A DNA stretch of 64,000 nucleotides from an uncultured cyanobacterium (GTDB lineage: Bacteria; Cyanobacteriota; Cyanobacteriia; PCC-9006; JAAUQQ01), in contig OY970368.1 in assembly GCA_963718615.1 (NCBI GenBank), forward strand, positions 416,001-480,000, written 5' to 3'. Position 1 is the stretch's first letter, and the number at the start of each line of letters is the position of its first letter. Of this stretch, positions 52,482 to 60,969 are shown piece by piece. Position numbers and translations under genes: made by a program. The notes below the pieces were generated by a model. That model was not told the DNA's origin, did not search any database, and worked only from the letters and a program-made list of their open reading frames with translations.

Positions 52482-53017
52482 AAAATACCTTAGTTCGGAC
52501 TCGACGCCATCGCAAACGCGTTAAGGAAACGACAGTACAACTAATTACGTTTCAACTGCGCCAGGATTGGTTTGCGCTACCCATTACTGCCGTGGAGCGA
52601 GTGATTCCCCTGGAGGCGGTCTATGGCGAAGCCCATCAGTCGGGCATTGGCCTTACGGTTTACCAGGGTCAAGAACTGGTGGTCGTAGATGTGGGCCAGC
52701 GGCTTTTTGGGGAAGCGGGTCAAGCAGAGGGCACGTTGCTGCATCTGGATGCCTCCCAACAGGATGTTTTGGATCAGGTCCAGTTGCTGTTGATTCTCAA
52801 GGCTCCGACGGGGAAGCCCATTGGCATTCCAATTGATTCTCGTCCGGTGTTGAAACGGGTGGTAGCGGAGGCGATCGCCCCCATCCCCCACGAATACCAA
52901 ACCTCGGGGAAAATCCAATGTGTTAGTTCGCTCTCGGTCCAGGCGGCGGGCGAACCGCTGCTGTTTTTGCTGGATACGGAGCAGTTGTTTGAGGCGTTGG
53001 CGTTGAGCTTGGTCTGA
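52478..53017 (+). CDS. CheW-like protein
   Basis: LITFQLRQDWFALPI; last gene of taxis operon. Confidence 0.85.
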   Translation: MKNTLVRTRRHRKRVKETTVQLITFQLRQDWFALPITAVERVIPLEAVYGEAHQSGIGLTVYQGQELVVVDVGQRLFGEAGQAEGTLLHLDASQQDVLDQVQLLLILKAPTGKPIGIPIDSRPVLKRVVAEAIAPIPHEYQTSGKIQCVSSLSVQAAGEPLLFLLDTEQLFEALALSLV

Positions 53018-53105
53018 CGGGTGAATTTTTCCTGTATATCCAGTGTGAACCCAAGCATGGGCTTTAGCATGGGGACAGTGCTTGTCTTGGGGACTGGCTG
53101 GAACC

Positions 53106-55232
53106 ATGGTGCTGACAACAATCCTGATTTTGGCTGCGAACCCAAAGGATACGCAGAAGCTGCGCCTGGACCAAGAAGTCCGGGATATTGAGGAGGCGCT
53201 GCGACGGGCTCCGGCGGGACGCGATCGCTTTCAAGTCATCCAGTACTGGGCCGTCCGGCTGGATGATTTACGGCGAGCTTTGTTGGAGCATCAACCGCAG
53301 ATTGTCCATTTTTCGGGGCATGGGGTGGGCGATCGCGGTCTAGTTTTCGAGGATGACCAAGGCAACAGCCAACTAGCCGACAGCCAAGGCATTGCTAATT
53401 TGCTGCGGCTGACGTCCAGCCTTGAATGTGTGGTCTTGAATGCCTGCTATTCCGAGGTTCAGGCTGAGGCGTTGGAAGCAGCCATATCGGGTTGTCTGAT
53501 TGGCATGAATCAGGCGGTGGGGGATGAGGCGGCGCGGAAGTTTGCCATCGGGTTTTATGATGGACTGTTTTATGGGGAGTCCTATGAGCGGGCGTTTGAG
53601 TATGGCTTGACGGCGTTGGAGCTGGAGCGGTTGCCCCAGGTGCCGGTTTTGACTTGGGGACGGCGATCGCTCAATTCTGCCGATGTTTCTCCTCGGCGCG
53701 TTTTCATCAGCTACAAGCGCAATGCGCAACCGGATGCGGCCTTGGCCTTGCAGTTGGTGGAGGCTCTCAGCCACAATCACCAGGTTTTTATCGATCAGCA
53801 GATGGCGGTGGGGGTGCGCTGGCGCGATCGCATCGCCCAAGAGATTCGCCAAGCGGATGCCATGGTGGTGTTGCTGTCTGAAATGTCGGTCCAGAGCGAA
53901 ATGGTGGAGCTGGAGGTGAAGCTGGCCCAGGAGGGAGCCGCCAATGTTGGAAAGCCCACGGTGCTGCCGGTGCGGGTGCAGTACCGAGAGCCGTTTCAAT
54001 ATCCCCTCAGTGTCTACCTGGACCCGATCAACTGGGCTTTCTGGGAGGGACCGGAGGACACCTCGCGCTTGCTGGGAGAATTGCAGGCGGCGCTGCGCGG
54101 TGGCGATTTGCCGGTGGCGACGGCTCAGGCGAAGCAGGCCCTGCTGCAACCAACTGCGACTTCCACAATTCCGAGCCCCACGCCTTCGGCCCAGCCCCAA
54201 ACCCAAGCGGCCTGCAACCCAGCGACGCTGGAGCAGCCGGAGGGGACGATGGATCCGGAGTCGGTGTTTTATGTGGAGCGTCCGGTGGATGCAGTGGCGT
54301 TGGAAACCATCGCTCAGTCAGGGGTGACGCTGACGATTAAGGGTCCGCGTCAGATGGGGAAAAGTTCGCTGCTGCTGCGCACCATTGAGGCGGCGCGGGA
54401 TGCGGGAAAACAGGTGGTGTTTCTAGATTTTCAGTTGTTTGACCAAGCGGCGTTGCAGGATGCGGATACGTTCTATCGGCAGTTTTGCTATTGCCTGACG
54501 GATGAGCTGAATTTGGACGACGAGGTAGAGCAATATTGGGCGCGACCTCTGGGGAATCCGCAGCGCTGTACCCGTTACGTCGAGCGCCATATCCTTAAGC
54601 AAATTCAGGAGCCGATTGTGCTGGCGATGGATGAGGTGGAGCGGATGTTTGATACGCCGTTTCGCAATGACTTTTTCAGTATGTTGCGCAGTTGGCATAA
54701 TCAGCGGGCGATGAAGCCGCTGTGGAAGCGGTTGGATTTGGCCTTGGTAACTTCGACGGAGCCCTATCAGCTAATTGCGGATTTAAATCAGTCGCCGTTT
54801 AATGTGGGGCAGGTGTTGCGGCTAGAGGATTTTTCGCCGGAGCAGGTGGTGGCGTTGAATCTGGCCCACGGGGAGCCCTTTGGGGCGGGGGAGGTGCAGA
54901 AGTTGATTGGGTTGTTGAATGGGCACCCCTATTTGACGCGGCGGGCGTTGTATTTGGTGGCGAGTGGACGGCTGGGGCCGGGGGAGCTGTTTGCCACGGC
55001 GGCGGATGAGCGGGGGCCGTTTGGCGATCATTTGCGCTATCACCTGTTCCGCATGTATGACCAACGGGAGCTGGTGGAAGGTTTTTTGGAGGTGTTGAAA
55101 CGGCGGGACTGCGAAAATGAGCGGGTGTTTTTTCGGCTGAATGGGGCGGGGATTGTGATGCGCCAGGGTCATGATGTGGTTCCAAGGTGTCAGTTATATG
55201 CCGAATTTTTTGGAGACCATTTACGACAATAA
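53106..55232 (+). CDS. CHAT (caspase-like) + TIR + STAND/AAA_35-type NTPase
   Basis: IVHFSGHG and LNACYS; VFISYKR...SEMVELEV; GPRQMGKSS, LAMDEVE, SPFNVG, GHPYLT. Confidence 0.88.
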   Translation: MVLTTILILAANPKDTQKLRLDQEVRDIEEALRRAPAGRDRFQVIQYWAVRLDDLRRALLEHQPQIVHFSGHGVGDRGLVFEDDQGNSQLADSQGIANLLRLTSSLECVVLNACYSEVQAEALEAAISGCLIGMNQAVGDEAARKFAIGFYDGLFYGESYERAFEYGLTALELERLPQVPVLTWGRRSLNSADVSPRRVFISYKRNAQPDAALALQLVEALSHNHQVFIDQQMAVGVRWRDRIAQEIRQADAMVVLLSEMSVQSEMVELEVKLAQEGAANVGKPTVLPVRVQYREPFQYPLSVYLDPINWAFWEGPEDTSRLLGELQAALRGGDLPVATAQAKQALLQPTATSTIPSPTPSAQPQTQAACNPATLEQPEGTMDPESVFYVERPVDAVALETIAQSGVTLTIKGPRQMGKSSLLLRTIEAARDAGKQVVFLDFQLFDQAALQDADTFYRQFCYCLTDELNLDDEVEQYWARPLGNPQRCTRYVERHILKQIQEPIVLAMDEVERMFDTPFRNDFFSMLRSWHNQRAMKPLWKRLDLALVTSTEPYQLIADLNQSPFNVGQVLRLEDFSPEQVVALNLAHGEPFGAGEVQKLIGLLNGHPYLTRRALYLVASGRLGPGELFATAADERGPFGDHLRYHLFRMYDQRELVEGFLEVLKRRDCENERVFFRLNGAGIVMRQGHDVVPRCQLYAEFFGDHLRQ

Positions 55233-55243
55233 CCGTTATGCCC

Positions 55244-55271
55244 GTAGGGACGAACCGCCGTTCGTCCTTGC
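55244..55271 (+). repeat. GTAG-type REP-like palindrome
   Basis: GTAGGGACGAAC-CGCC-GTTCGTCCTTGC hairpin. Confidence 0.65.
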
Positions 55272-55322
55272 CAATACCCAAGCAGCAGCCAGATCGAGAT
55301 TAACCCAGGGATTAACAGCACC

Positions 55323-58300
55323 ATGAGTTCATCGATTTACACCACAGGCGGAACGGTCCAGGCGGGGGGCGGCATCTATCTGCCCCGCAAGGCGGATGAT
55401 GAGCTGTTGCAGCTCTGCCGGGAGGGGCAGTTTGCCTATGTGTTGACGCCGAGACAGATGGGAAAGTCGAGTTTGATGGTACGGACGGCGGAGCGGCTGG
55501 GGGAAGAAGGCGTTACGTCGGTGATTATTGACCTGACCAAGATTGGCACGGAGGTGACGGCGGAGCAATGGTATTTGGGGCTGCTGACGGAGATTGATGA
55601 TGCGTTGATGTTGGAGACGGACATTTTTGACTGGTGGGCGGAGCGGCAGCATTTGGGTGTGACGCAGCGGCTGACGCGATTTTTTGAGGAGGTGCTGCTG
55701 GCGGAGGTGGCTGGGCAACTCGTGGTGTTTGTGGATGAGATTGACACGACGCTGAGTTTGGATTTTACGGACGACTTTTTTATTGCGATTCGCTATTTCT
55801 ATGTGGGGCGGGCGAAGGCGGAGGCGTTGGGTCGGCTGTCGTTTGTGTTGATCGGGGTGGCGACACCGGGGGATTTGATTCGGGATCCGCAGCGGACGCC
55901 GTTTAATGTGGGGCGGCGGGTGGAGTTGACGGATTTTACGGCGGCGGAGGCGTTGCCTTTTGCCCAGGGGTTGGGGCCGCAGGGTGAGGAGGTTTTGGGC
56001 TGGGTGATGGAGTGGAGTGGGGGGCACCCGTATTTGACGCAGCGGTTGTGTCAGGGGGTGGCGGAGGCGGGGAGTGGTGTGGACGAAGGCTCTGTGAATC
56101 AGTTGGTGGAAAAACTATTTCTGGAGGGGGGAGAGCGGAACGACAATAATTTGTTGTTTGTGCGGGATATGTTGACCCAGCGGACGCCGAATCGGAATGA
56201 GTCGGTGTATGAGGTGTTGATGACCTATCGGGATGTGTGGTTGGATAGGCAACCCGTGCTGGATGAGGAGCAGTCGCTGGTGAAGTCGCATCTGAAGCTG
56301 GCGGGGATTGTGCGGCGGGAGGCGGATCGGCAAGGGGCGCTGCGGGTGAGCAATGGGGTTTACCGGGCGGTGTTTGACGAGGCTTGGGTGAAGGAACATC
56401 TCCCCACAAATTGGGTCAAGCGCTTGCAAAGGGCGCGGGCCGCTATTGCTGCATTGCTTGCGGTGACGTTGGTGGCGGTGCCGTTGGGGGTGTTGGCGGA
56501 GTATCGGCGGCGGGAGGCGGTGGAGCAGCGGGCGGAGGCGCAGAAACAAACGATTTTGGCTCAGGCTAATTCTTCGCGGGCTTTTTTGTTGGCGAATCAA
56601 CCCTTGGAAGGCATGGTGGCGGCGGTGGCGGCTTGGCAGAAGGTGGAGGAAGAAGATTTGAGTACAGCAACGATGGCAGCACCAGCAAGGACTGCCCTAA
56701 TGGGAGGAGCATACTATGAGCCAGGATTTAATCTGGGTCCTGTACAAGCAAAGCGGTTCTCTAAGCGTAGTTTTCGAGAAAAAAACTTTCTAGAAGGCCA
56801 TGGCGATAGTGTCATAAGTGTGGCCTTTAGCCCCGATGGAGAGACGATTGCATCCGCCAGCTTGGATCGCACGGTCAAACTCTGGGATCGGCAGGGAAAG
56901 CTACTCAACACCCTAGAAGGCCATGGCGATAGTGTCATAAGTGTGGCCTTTAGCCCCGATGGAGAGACGATTGCATCCGCCAGCGATGATCGCACGGTCA
57001 AACTCTGGGATCGGCAGGGAAAGCTGCTCAACACCCTAGAAGGCCATGGCTCTAGTGTCTGGAGTGTGGCCTTTAGCCCCGATGGAGAGACGATTGCATC
57101 CGCCAGCTTGGATCGCACGGTCAAACTCTGGGATCGGCAGGGAAAGCTGCTCAACACCCTAGAAGGCCATGGCAATTGGGTCATAAGTGTGGCCTTTAGC
57201 CCCGATGGAGAGACGATTGCATCCGCCAGCTCAGATCGCACGGTCAAACTCTGGGATCGGCAGGGAAAGCTGCTCAACACCCTAGAAGGCCATGGCAATT
57301 GGGTCATAAGTGTGGCCTTTAGCCCCGATGGAGAGACGATTGCATCCGCCAGCGATGATCGCACGGTCAAACTCTGGGATCGGCAGGGAAAGCTGCTCAA
57401 CACCCTAGAAGGCCATGGCAATTGGGTCAGAAGTGTGGCCTTTAGCCCCGATGGAGAGACGATTGCATCCGCCAGCTTGGATCGCACGGTCAAACTCTGG
57501 GATCGGCAGGGAAAGCTGCTCAACACCCTAGAAGGTCATGGCAATTGGGTCATAAGTGTGGCCTTTAGCCCCGATGGAGAGACGATTGCATCCGCCAGCT
57601 TGGATCGCACGGTCAAACTCTGGGATCGGCAGGGAAAGCTGCTCAACACCCTAGAAGGCCATGGCAATTGGGTCATAAGTGTGGCCTTTAGCCCCGATGG
57701 AGAGACGATTGCATCCGCCAGCTTGGATCGCACGGTCAAACTCTGGGATCGGCAGGGAAAGCTGCTCAACACCCTAGAAGGCCATGGCGATAGTGTCATA
57801 AGTGTGGCCTTTAGCCCCGATGGAGAGACGATTGCATCCGCCAGCGATGATCGCACGGTCAAACTCTGGGATCGGCAGGGAAAGCTGCTCAACACCCTAG
57901 AAGGCCATGGCGATAGTGTCATAAGTGTGGCCTTTAGCCCCGATGGAGAGACGATTGCATCCGCCAGCGATGATCGCACGGTCAAACTCTGGGATCGGCA
58001 GGGAAAGCTACTCAACACCCTAGAAGGCCATGGCAATTGGGTCATAAGTGTGGCCTTTAGCCCCGATGGAGAGACGATTGCATCCGCCAGCTTGGATCGC
58101 ACGGTCAAACTCTGGGATCGGCAGGGAAAGCTGCTCAACACCCTAGAAGGCCATGGCGATAGTGTCATAAGTGTGGCCTTTAGCCCCGATGGAGAGACGA
58201 TTGCATCCGCCAGCGATGATCGCACGGTCAAACTCTGGGATCGGCAGGGAAAGCTGCTCAACACCCTAGAAGGCCATGGCGATAGTGTCATAAGTGTGGC

Positions 58301-58601
58301 CTTTAGCCCCGATGGAGAGACGATTGCATCCGCCAGCGATGATCGCACGGTCAAACTCTGGGATCGGCAGGGAAAGCTGCTCAACACCCTAGAAGGCCAT
58401 GGCTCTAGTGTCATAAGTGTGGCCTTTAGCCCCGATGGAGAAACGATTGCATCCGCCAGCTCAGATCGCACGGTCAAACTCTGGGATCGCGACCCGCAGA
58501 GGCTACTGGCTTGGCACTGCAACTGGCTCCGCGACTATTTGCTCCACAACCCCGATGGGCAAAAGGCAAAGGCAGACGGCGTTTGTCGGGGCAGGCTCTA
58601 G
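55323..58601 (+). CDS. STAND/AAA_35-type NTPase + TM helix + 14 WD40 repeats
   Basis: TPRQMGKSS, VFVDEID, TPFNVG, GHPYLTQ; AAIAALLAVTLVAVPLGVLA; GH..V.SVAFSPDG..IASAS.D.TVKLWD. Confidence 0.92.
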   Translation: MSSSIYTTGGTVQAGGGIYLPRKADDELLQLCREGQFAYVLTPRQMGKSSLMVRTAERLGEEGVTSVIIDLTKIGTEVTAEQWYLGLLTEIDDALMLETDIFDWWAERQHLGVTQRLTRFFEEVLLAEVAGQLVVFVDEIDTTLSLDFTDDFFIAIRYFYVGRAKAEALGRLSFVLIGVATPGDLIRDPQRTPFNVGRRVELTDFTAAEALPFAQGLGPQGEEVLGWVMEWSGGHPYLTQRLCQGVAEAGSGVDEGSVNQLVEKLFLEGGERNDNNLLFVRDMLTQRTPNRNESVYEVLMTYRDVWLDRQPVLDEEQSLVKSHLKLAGIVRREADRQGALRVSNGVYRAVFDEAWVKEHLPTNWVKRLQRARAAIAALLAVTLVAVPLGVLAEYRRREAVEQRAEAQKQTILAQANSSRAFLLANQPLEGMVAAVAAWQKVEEEDLSTATMAAPARTALMGGAYYEPGFNLGPVQAKRFSKRSFREKNFLEGHGDSVISVAFSPDGETIASASLDRTVKLWDRQGKLLNTLEGHGDSVISVAFSPDGETIASASDDRTVKLWDRQGKLLNTLEGHGSSVWSVAFSPDGETIASASLDRTVKLWDRQGKLLNTLEGHGNWVISVAFSPDGETIASASSDRTVKLWDRQGKLLNTLEGHGNWVISVAFSPDGETIASASDDRTVKLWDRQGKLLNTLEGHGNWVRSVAFSPDGETIASASLDRTVKLWDRQGKLLNTLEGHGNWVISVAFSPDGETIASASLDRTVKLWDRQGKLLNTLEGHGNWVISVAFSPDGETIASASLDRTVKLWDRQGKLLNTLEGHGDSVISVAFSPDGETIASASDDRTVKLWDRQGKLLNTLEGHGDSVISVAFSPDGETIASASDDRTVKLWDRQGKLLNTLEGHGNWVISVAFSPDGETIASASLDRTVKLWDRQGKLLNTLEGHGDSVISVAFSPDGETIASASDDRTVKLWDRQGKLLNTLEGHGDSVISVAFSPDGETIASASDDRTVKLWDRQGKLLNTLEGHGSSVISVAFSPDGETIASASSDRTVKLWDRDPQRLLAWHCNWLRDYLLHNPDGQKAKADGVCRGRL
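56790..58490 (+). repeat. Intragenic tandem array of 14 x 123-bp near-identical WD40 units
   Basis: CTAGAAGGCCATGGC recurs every 123 bp from 56790 to 58389; last unit truncated. Confidence 0.97.
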
Positions 58602-58627
58602 CCATTTCCCCAGTCGCCGCTGCAGCC

Positions 58628-58921
58628 CTATTGATCAAATAATCGCTCTACATCTCGGGAGCCGTGCAAAATTCGAACAATCTCGATGCAGTTGGCTTGC
58701 ACAAAATAAAAAACAATATACGGCTTCACCGGAAAACTCCTCAGTTCTGCCAACAACTCGTCCCGAAGCTTCCCCATTTCCGGAAACTGCGCCAACATTG
58801 GCAAATGATCCAAGAGCTTCGCGATCGCCCGATCCGCTCCAATCTCATCCTGCTCAGCCAAATAAACCCAAATATCTTCCAAATCCTGCTCAGCTTCCCG
58901 AGAGAGTTGATAACGGTTCAT
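58628..58921 (-). CDS. parE: ParE/RelE-family toxin
   Basis: LSREAEQDLEDIWVY, FPEMGKLRDEL, YIVFY, IVRILHGSRD. Confidence 0.9.
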   Translation of the reverse strand: MNRYQLSREAEQDLEDIWVYLAEQDEIGADRAIAKLLDHLPMLAQFPEMGKLRDELLAELRSFPVKPYIVFYFVQANCIEIVRILHGSRDVERLFDQ

Positions 58922-59223
58922 GCTTGCTCTTGCCGAGCCCGACCTCGCTCCCGAATCTTTGCCGCCAAATCTGGCAACGTCTCATTCGTATACGCCGTAA
59001 ACTGACCTGCTCTAAGCTGCTCAACCCCAAGCATCAGTGCCTGACGCAACTCCGTCAACTTTGCTTGCTCCTCCTCCGACAAAGGTTTAGCCCGTAGCTT
59101 TTCTGTCAGAGCCCTGCGCTCCTCATCTGTTAACGCTAGGATAATCTGCGCCAGAGAATCCACAAGCTGGGTGTTTACAGGAGGGCCTCCACTGCTTGCC
59201 TGGGTCGCCGTGGCTTGAGTCAT
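58918..59223 (-). CDS. Probable cognate antitoxin (ParD-like C-terminus)
   Basis: ATGA overlap with parE; KLTELRQALMLGVEQLRAG. Confidence 0.7.
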   Translation of the reverse strand: MTQATATQASSGGPPVNTQLVDSLAQIILALTDEERRALTEKLRAKPLSEEEQAKLTELRQALMLGVEQLRAGQFTAYTNETLPDLAAKIRERGRARQEQA

Positions 59224-59328
59224 TGCTAATCCATCCTCAACGCTATCTTTAATTGTAGCTTAGTCGGCTAGCAGCCCACTCACCGGACGTAACAATACCC
59301 TGAGAGCTTCCGCCAATGGGTACGCTAG

Positions 59329-59360
59329 GGCAACACACAGGGTATGGCACAGACCGCTAA
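59329..59360 (+). pseudogene. Orphan 3' end of xisI
   Basis: 29/32 identical to 60340-60371 including stop codon. Confidence 0.75.
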
Positions 59361-59381
59361 TTCCACCATGACATCTGCCAG

Positions 59382-59453
59382 TGCAACTATTTACGCCACA
59401 ACCCCACCGGCCAACAAGCCCGCGCCCGAGACGTCTGCCAGGGCAGGCTCTAA
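59382..59453 (+). pseudogene. Orphan C-terminal tail of a paralogous STAND-WD40 gene
   Basis: CNYLRHNPTGQQARARDVCQGRL* aligns without gaps to RDYLLHNPDGQKAKADGVCRGRL* (58530-58601). Confidence 0.8.
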
Positions 59454-59583
59454 CCCCACCCCTCACCTCAGCCCCAGACACCGGGGGTTTTGGTCTCATC
59501 CTGAAATCTGCATCTCTCCCCCACCAAACTCCCGGCGTTTCAGCCTCCAACTATGAATTCAGGGTTTGCATTACACTAAAACC

Positions 59584-60000
59584 ATGCCAGCCAAAGACCT
59601 CTATCACGACGCTGTCAAATCAGCCCTGATTCAAGACGGGTGGACCATCACCGATGATCCACTCACCCTTAAGATTGGCGTTCGAAACCTAGCCATTGAC
59701 CTAGGAGCCGAGAAACTCCTCGCAGCAGAACGTGGGCCAGACAAAATCGCAGTCGAAGTCAAAAGTTTCATTGGTCCTTCCCTCCTCTCCGAACTAGAAA
59801 AAGCCTGGGGACAGTTTTTCCTCTACGCCCGAACCCTTGCACGGCAAGAACCTGAACGCAACCTCTATCTAGCCGTAAACAATACAACCTTTGAAACCCT
59901 CTTTCAGGAAGAAGCCGGTCAGATCCTCCTTCAAGAGCCAGGATTTCGCTTACTCGTTGTTGATGTCGATCGCCAGGAAATAGTTCTATGGAAACCCTAG
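59584..60000 (+). CDS. xisH: XisH family protein
   Basis: MPAKDLYHDAVKSALIQDGWTITDDPL, IDLGAEK, IAVEVKSF. Confidence 0.93.
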   Translation: MPAKDLYHDAVKSALIQDGWTITDDPLTLKIGVRNLAIDLGAEKLLAAERGPDKIAVEVKSFIGPSLLSELEKAWGQFFLYARTLARQEPERNLYLAVNNTTFETLFQEEAGQILLQEPGFRLLVVDVDRQEIVLWKP

Positions 60001-60371
60001 CCCAACCTCACAATTCCCCCAACACCCCAACGCCCCAAACCCTTGAGCAATGGTGTCAGGAAATCGAAAAGATTTTGCAATATTATGCTGATCTTCCCTA
60101 TCGCTACGGAGAGGTTACAACGAGCGTTGTTGTTAGTGGCGATCGAAAAAACTTTCTCCTCATCAACGAAGGCTGGGAAGGCAATCGGCGAGTCTACGGC
60201 ACCGTCGTCCATGCAGAAATCCGTAACGGAAAAATCTGGATTCATCACGACGGCACAGAGGAAGGCATCACCGAAGACTTAGTCGCAGCAGGTGTCCCAA
60301 AAGATAACATTGTCCTAGCCTTTCATCCCCCCAGCGTGCGGCAACACACAGGATATGGCGCAGACAGCTAA
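59988..60371 (+). CDS. xisI: XisI family protein
   Basis: GKIWIHHDGTEEGI..DLVAAGVPKDNIVLAFHPP. Confidence 0.93.
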   Translation: METLAQPHNSPNTPTPQTLEQWCQEIEKILQYYADLPYRYGEVTTSVVVSGDRKNFLLINEGWEGNRRVYGTVVHAEIRNGKIWIHHDGTEEGITEDLVAAGVPKDNIVLAFHPPSVRQHTGYGADS

Positions 60372-60399
60372 AATTTGGGTTTCTACGTATCAAAGCATC

Positions 60400-60921
60400 C
60401 TATCCATTAGGCCAAAATCGCCAAGGCAACGTCATCACCAGGGGATGAAACCGATAGAGAAACCCACCAAAGGCAAGGCTTGCCATCGCCATCATCGCCA
60501 AAATTAAAAATTGCGGCCAGCCACAAATTCGCGCCATTTGTAAATCAAATCTCGCCAGCAAAATCACCCCGCCAATCAACAACGCCTCCGCCACGATCGC
60601 CATGTGAATCAACAACAAAACGCTAAGAGAAGCGATCGCAATACTCGCCAAAAACATCCGACTATCCGACTCAAATACCCGCTTAAGCCAGCTTCGTCCC
60701 GCCGCAAAGGGCTGCGTAAACAACCCAATTCCAATCAGTGACAAACCATAGGCAGTCGGCCAAAAGCTCTGAGGATAGCGTTCAAACAGCCAATAGTTGC
60801 GCCAGGGCTCTTGCCACGAAGCCCACTGCCAGCCAAAAAACACATAGGCCACAATCAGGAGCAGCAGAGACCCCAGAATGAGATGACGCACCTTTGGCAG
60901 CTCTTGCATAGCAGGCTTCAA
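60400..60921 (-). CDS. Hypothetical membrane protein
   Basis: Several TM helices; LARFDLQ. Confidence 0.7.
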   Translation of the reverse strand: MKPAMQELPKVRHLILGSLLLLIVAYVFFGWQWASWQEPWRNYWLFERYPQSFWPTAYGLSLIGIGLFTQPFAAGRSWLKRVFESDSRMFLASIAIASLSVLLLIHMAIVAEALLIGGVILLARFDLQMARICGWPQFLILAMMAMASLAFGGFLYRFHPLVMTLPWRFWPNG

Positions 60922-60969
60922 CAGTGAGAATTAAGGATCAAAAGAAAAAGAAACAATTGCCACTAGACA

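Noticed and set aside
56790-58490. WD40 array as a CRISPR array or DGR target
   Set aside because: Units are contiguous in-frame coding repeats with no unique spacers; no cas or reverse transcriptase in window; changes are not adenine-specific.
56714-58522. Long antisense ORFs (270 and 328 aa)
   Set aside because: Shadow frames of the stop-free tandem WD40 repeat.
59260-59629. Small ORFs between antitoxin and xisH
   Set aside because: No motifs; region is better explained by xisI and WD40-tail remnants.
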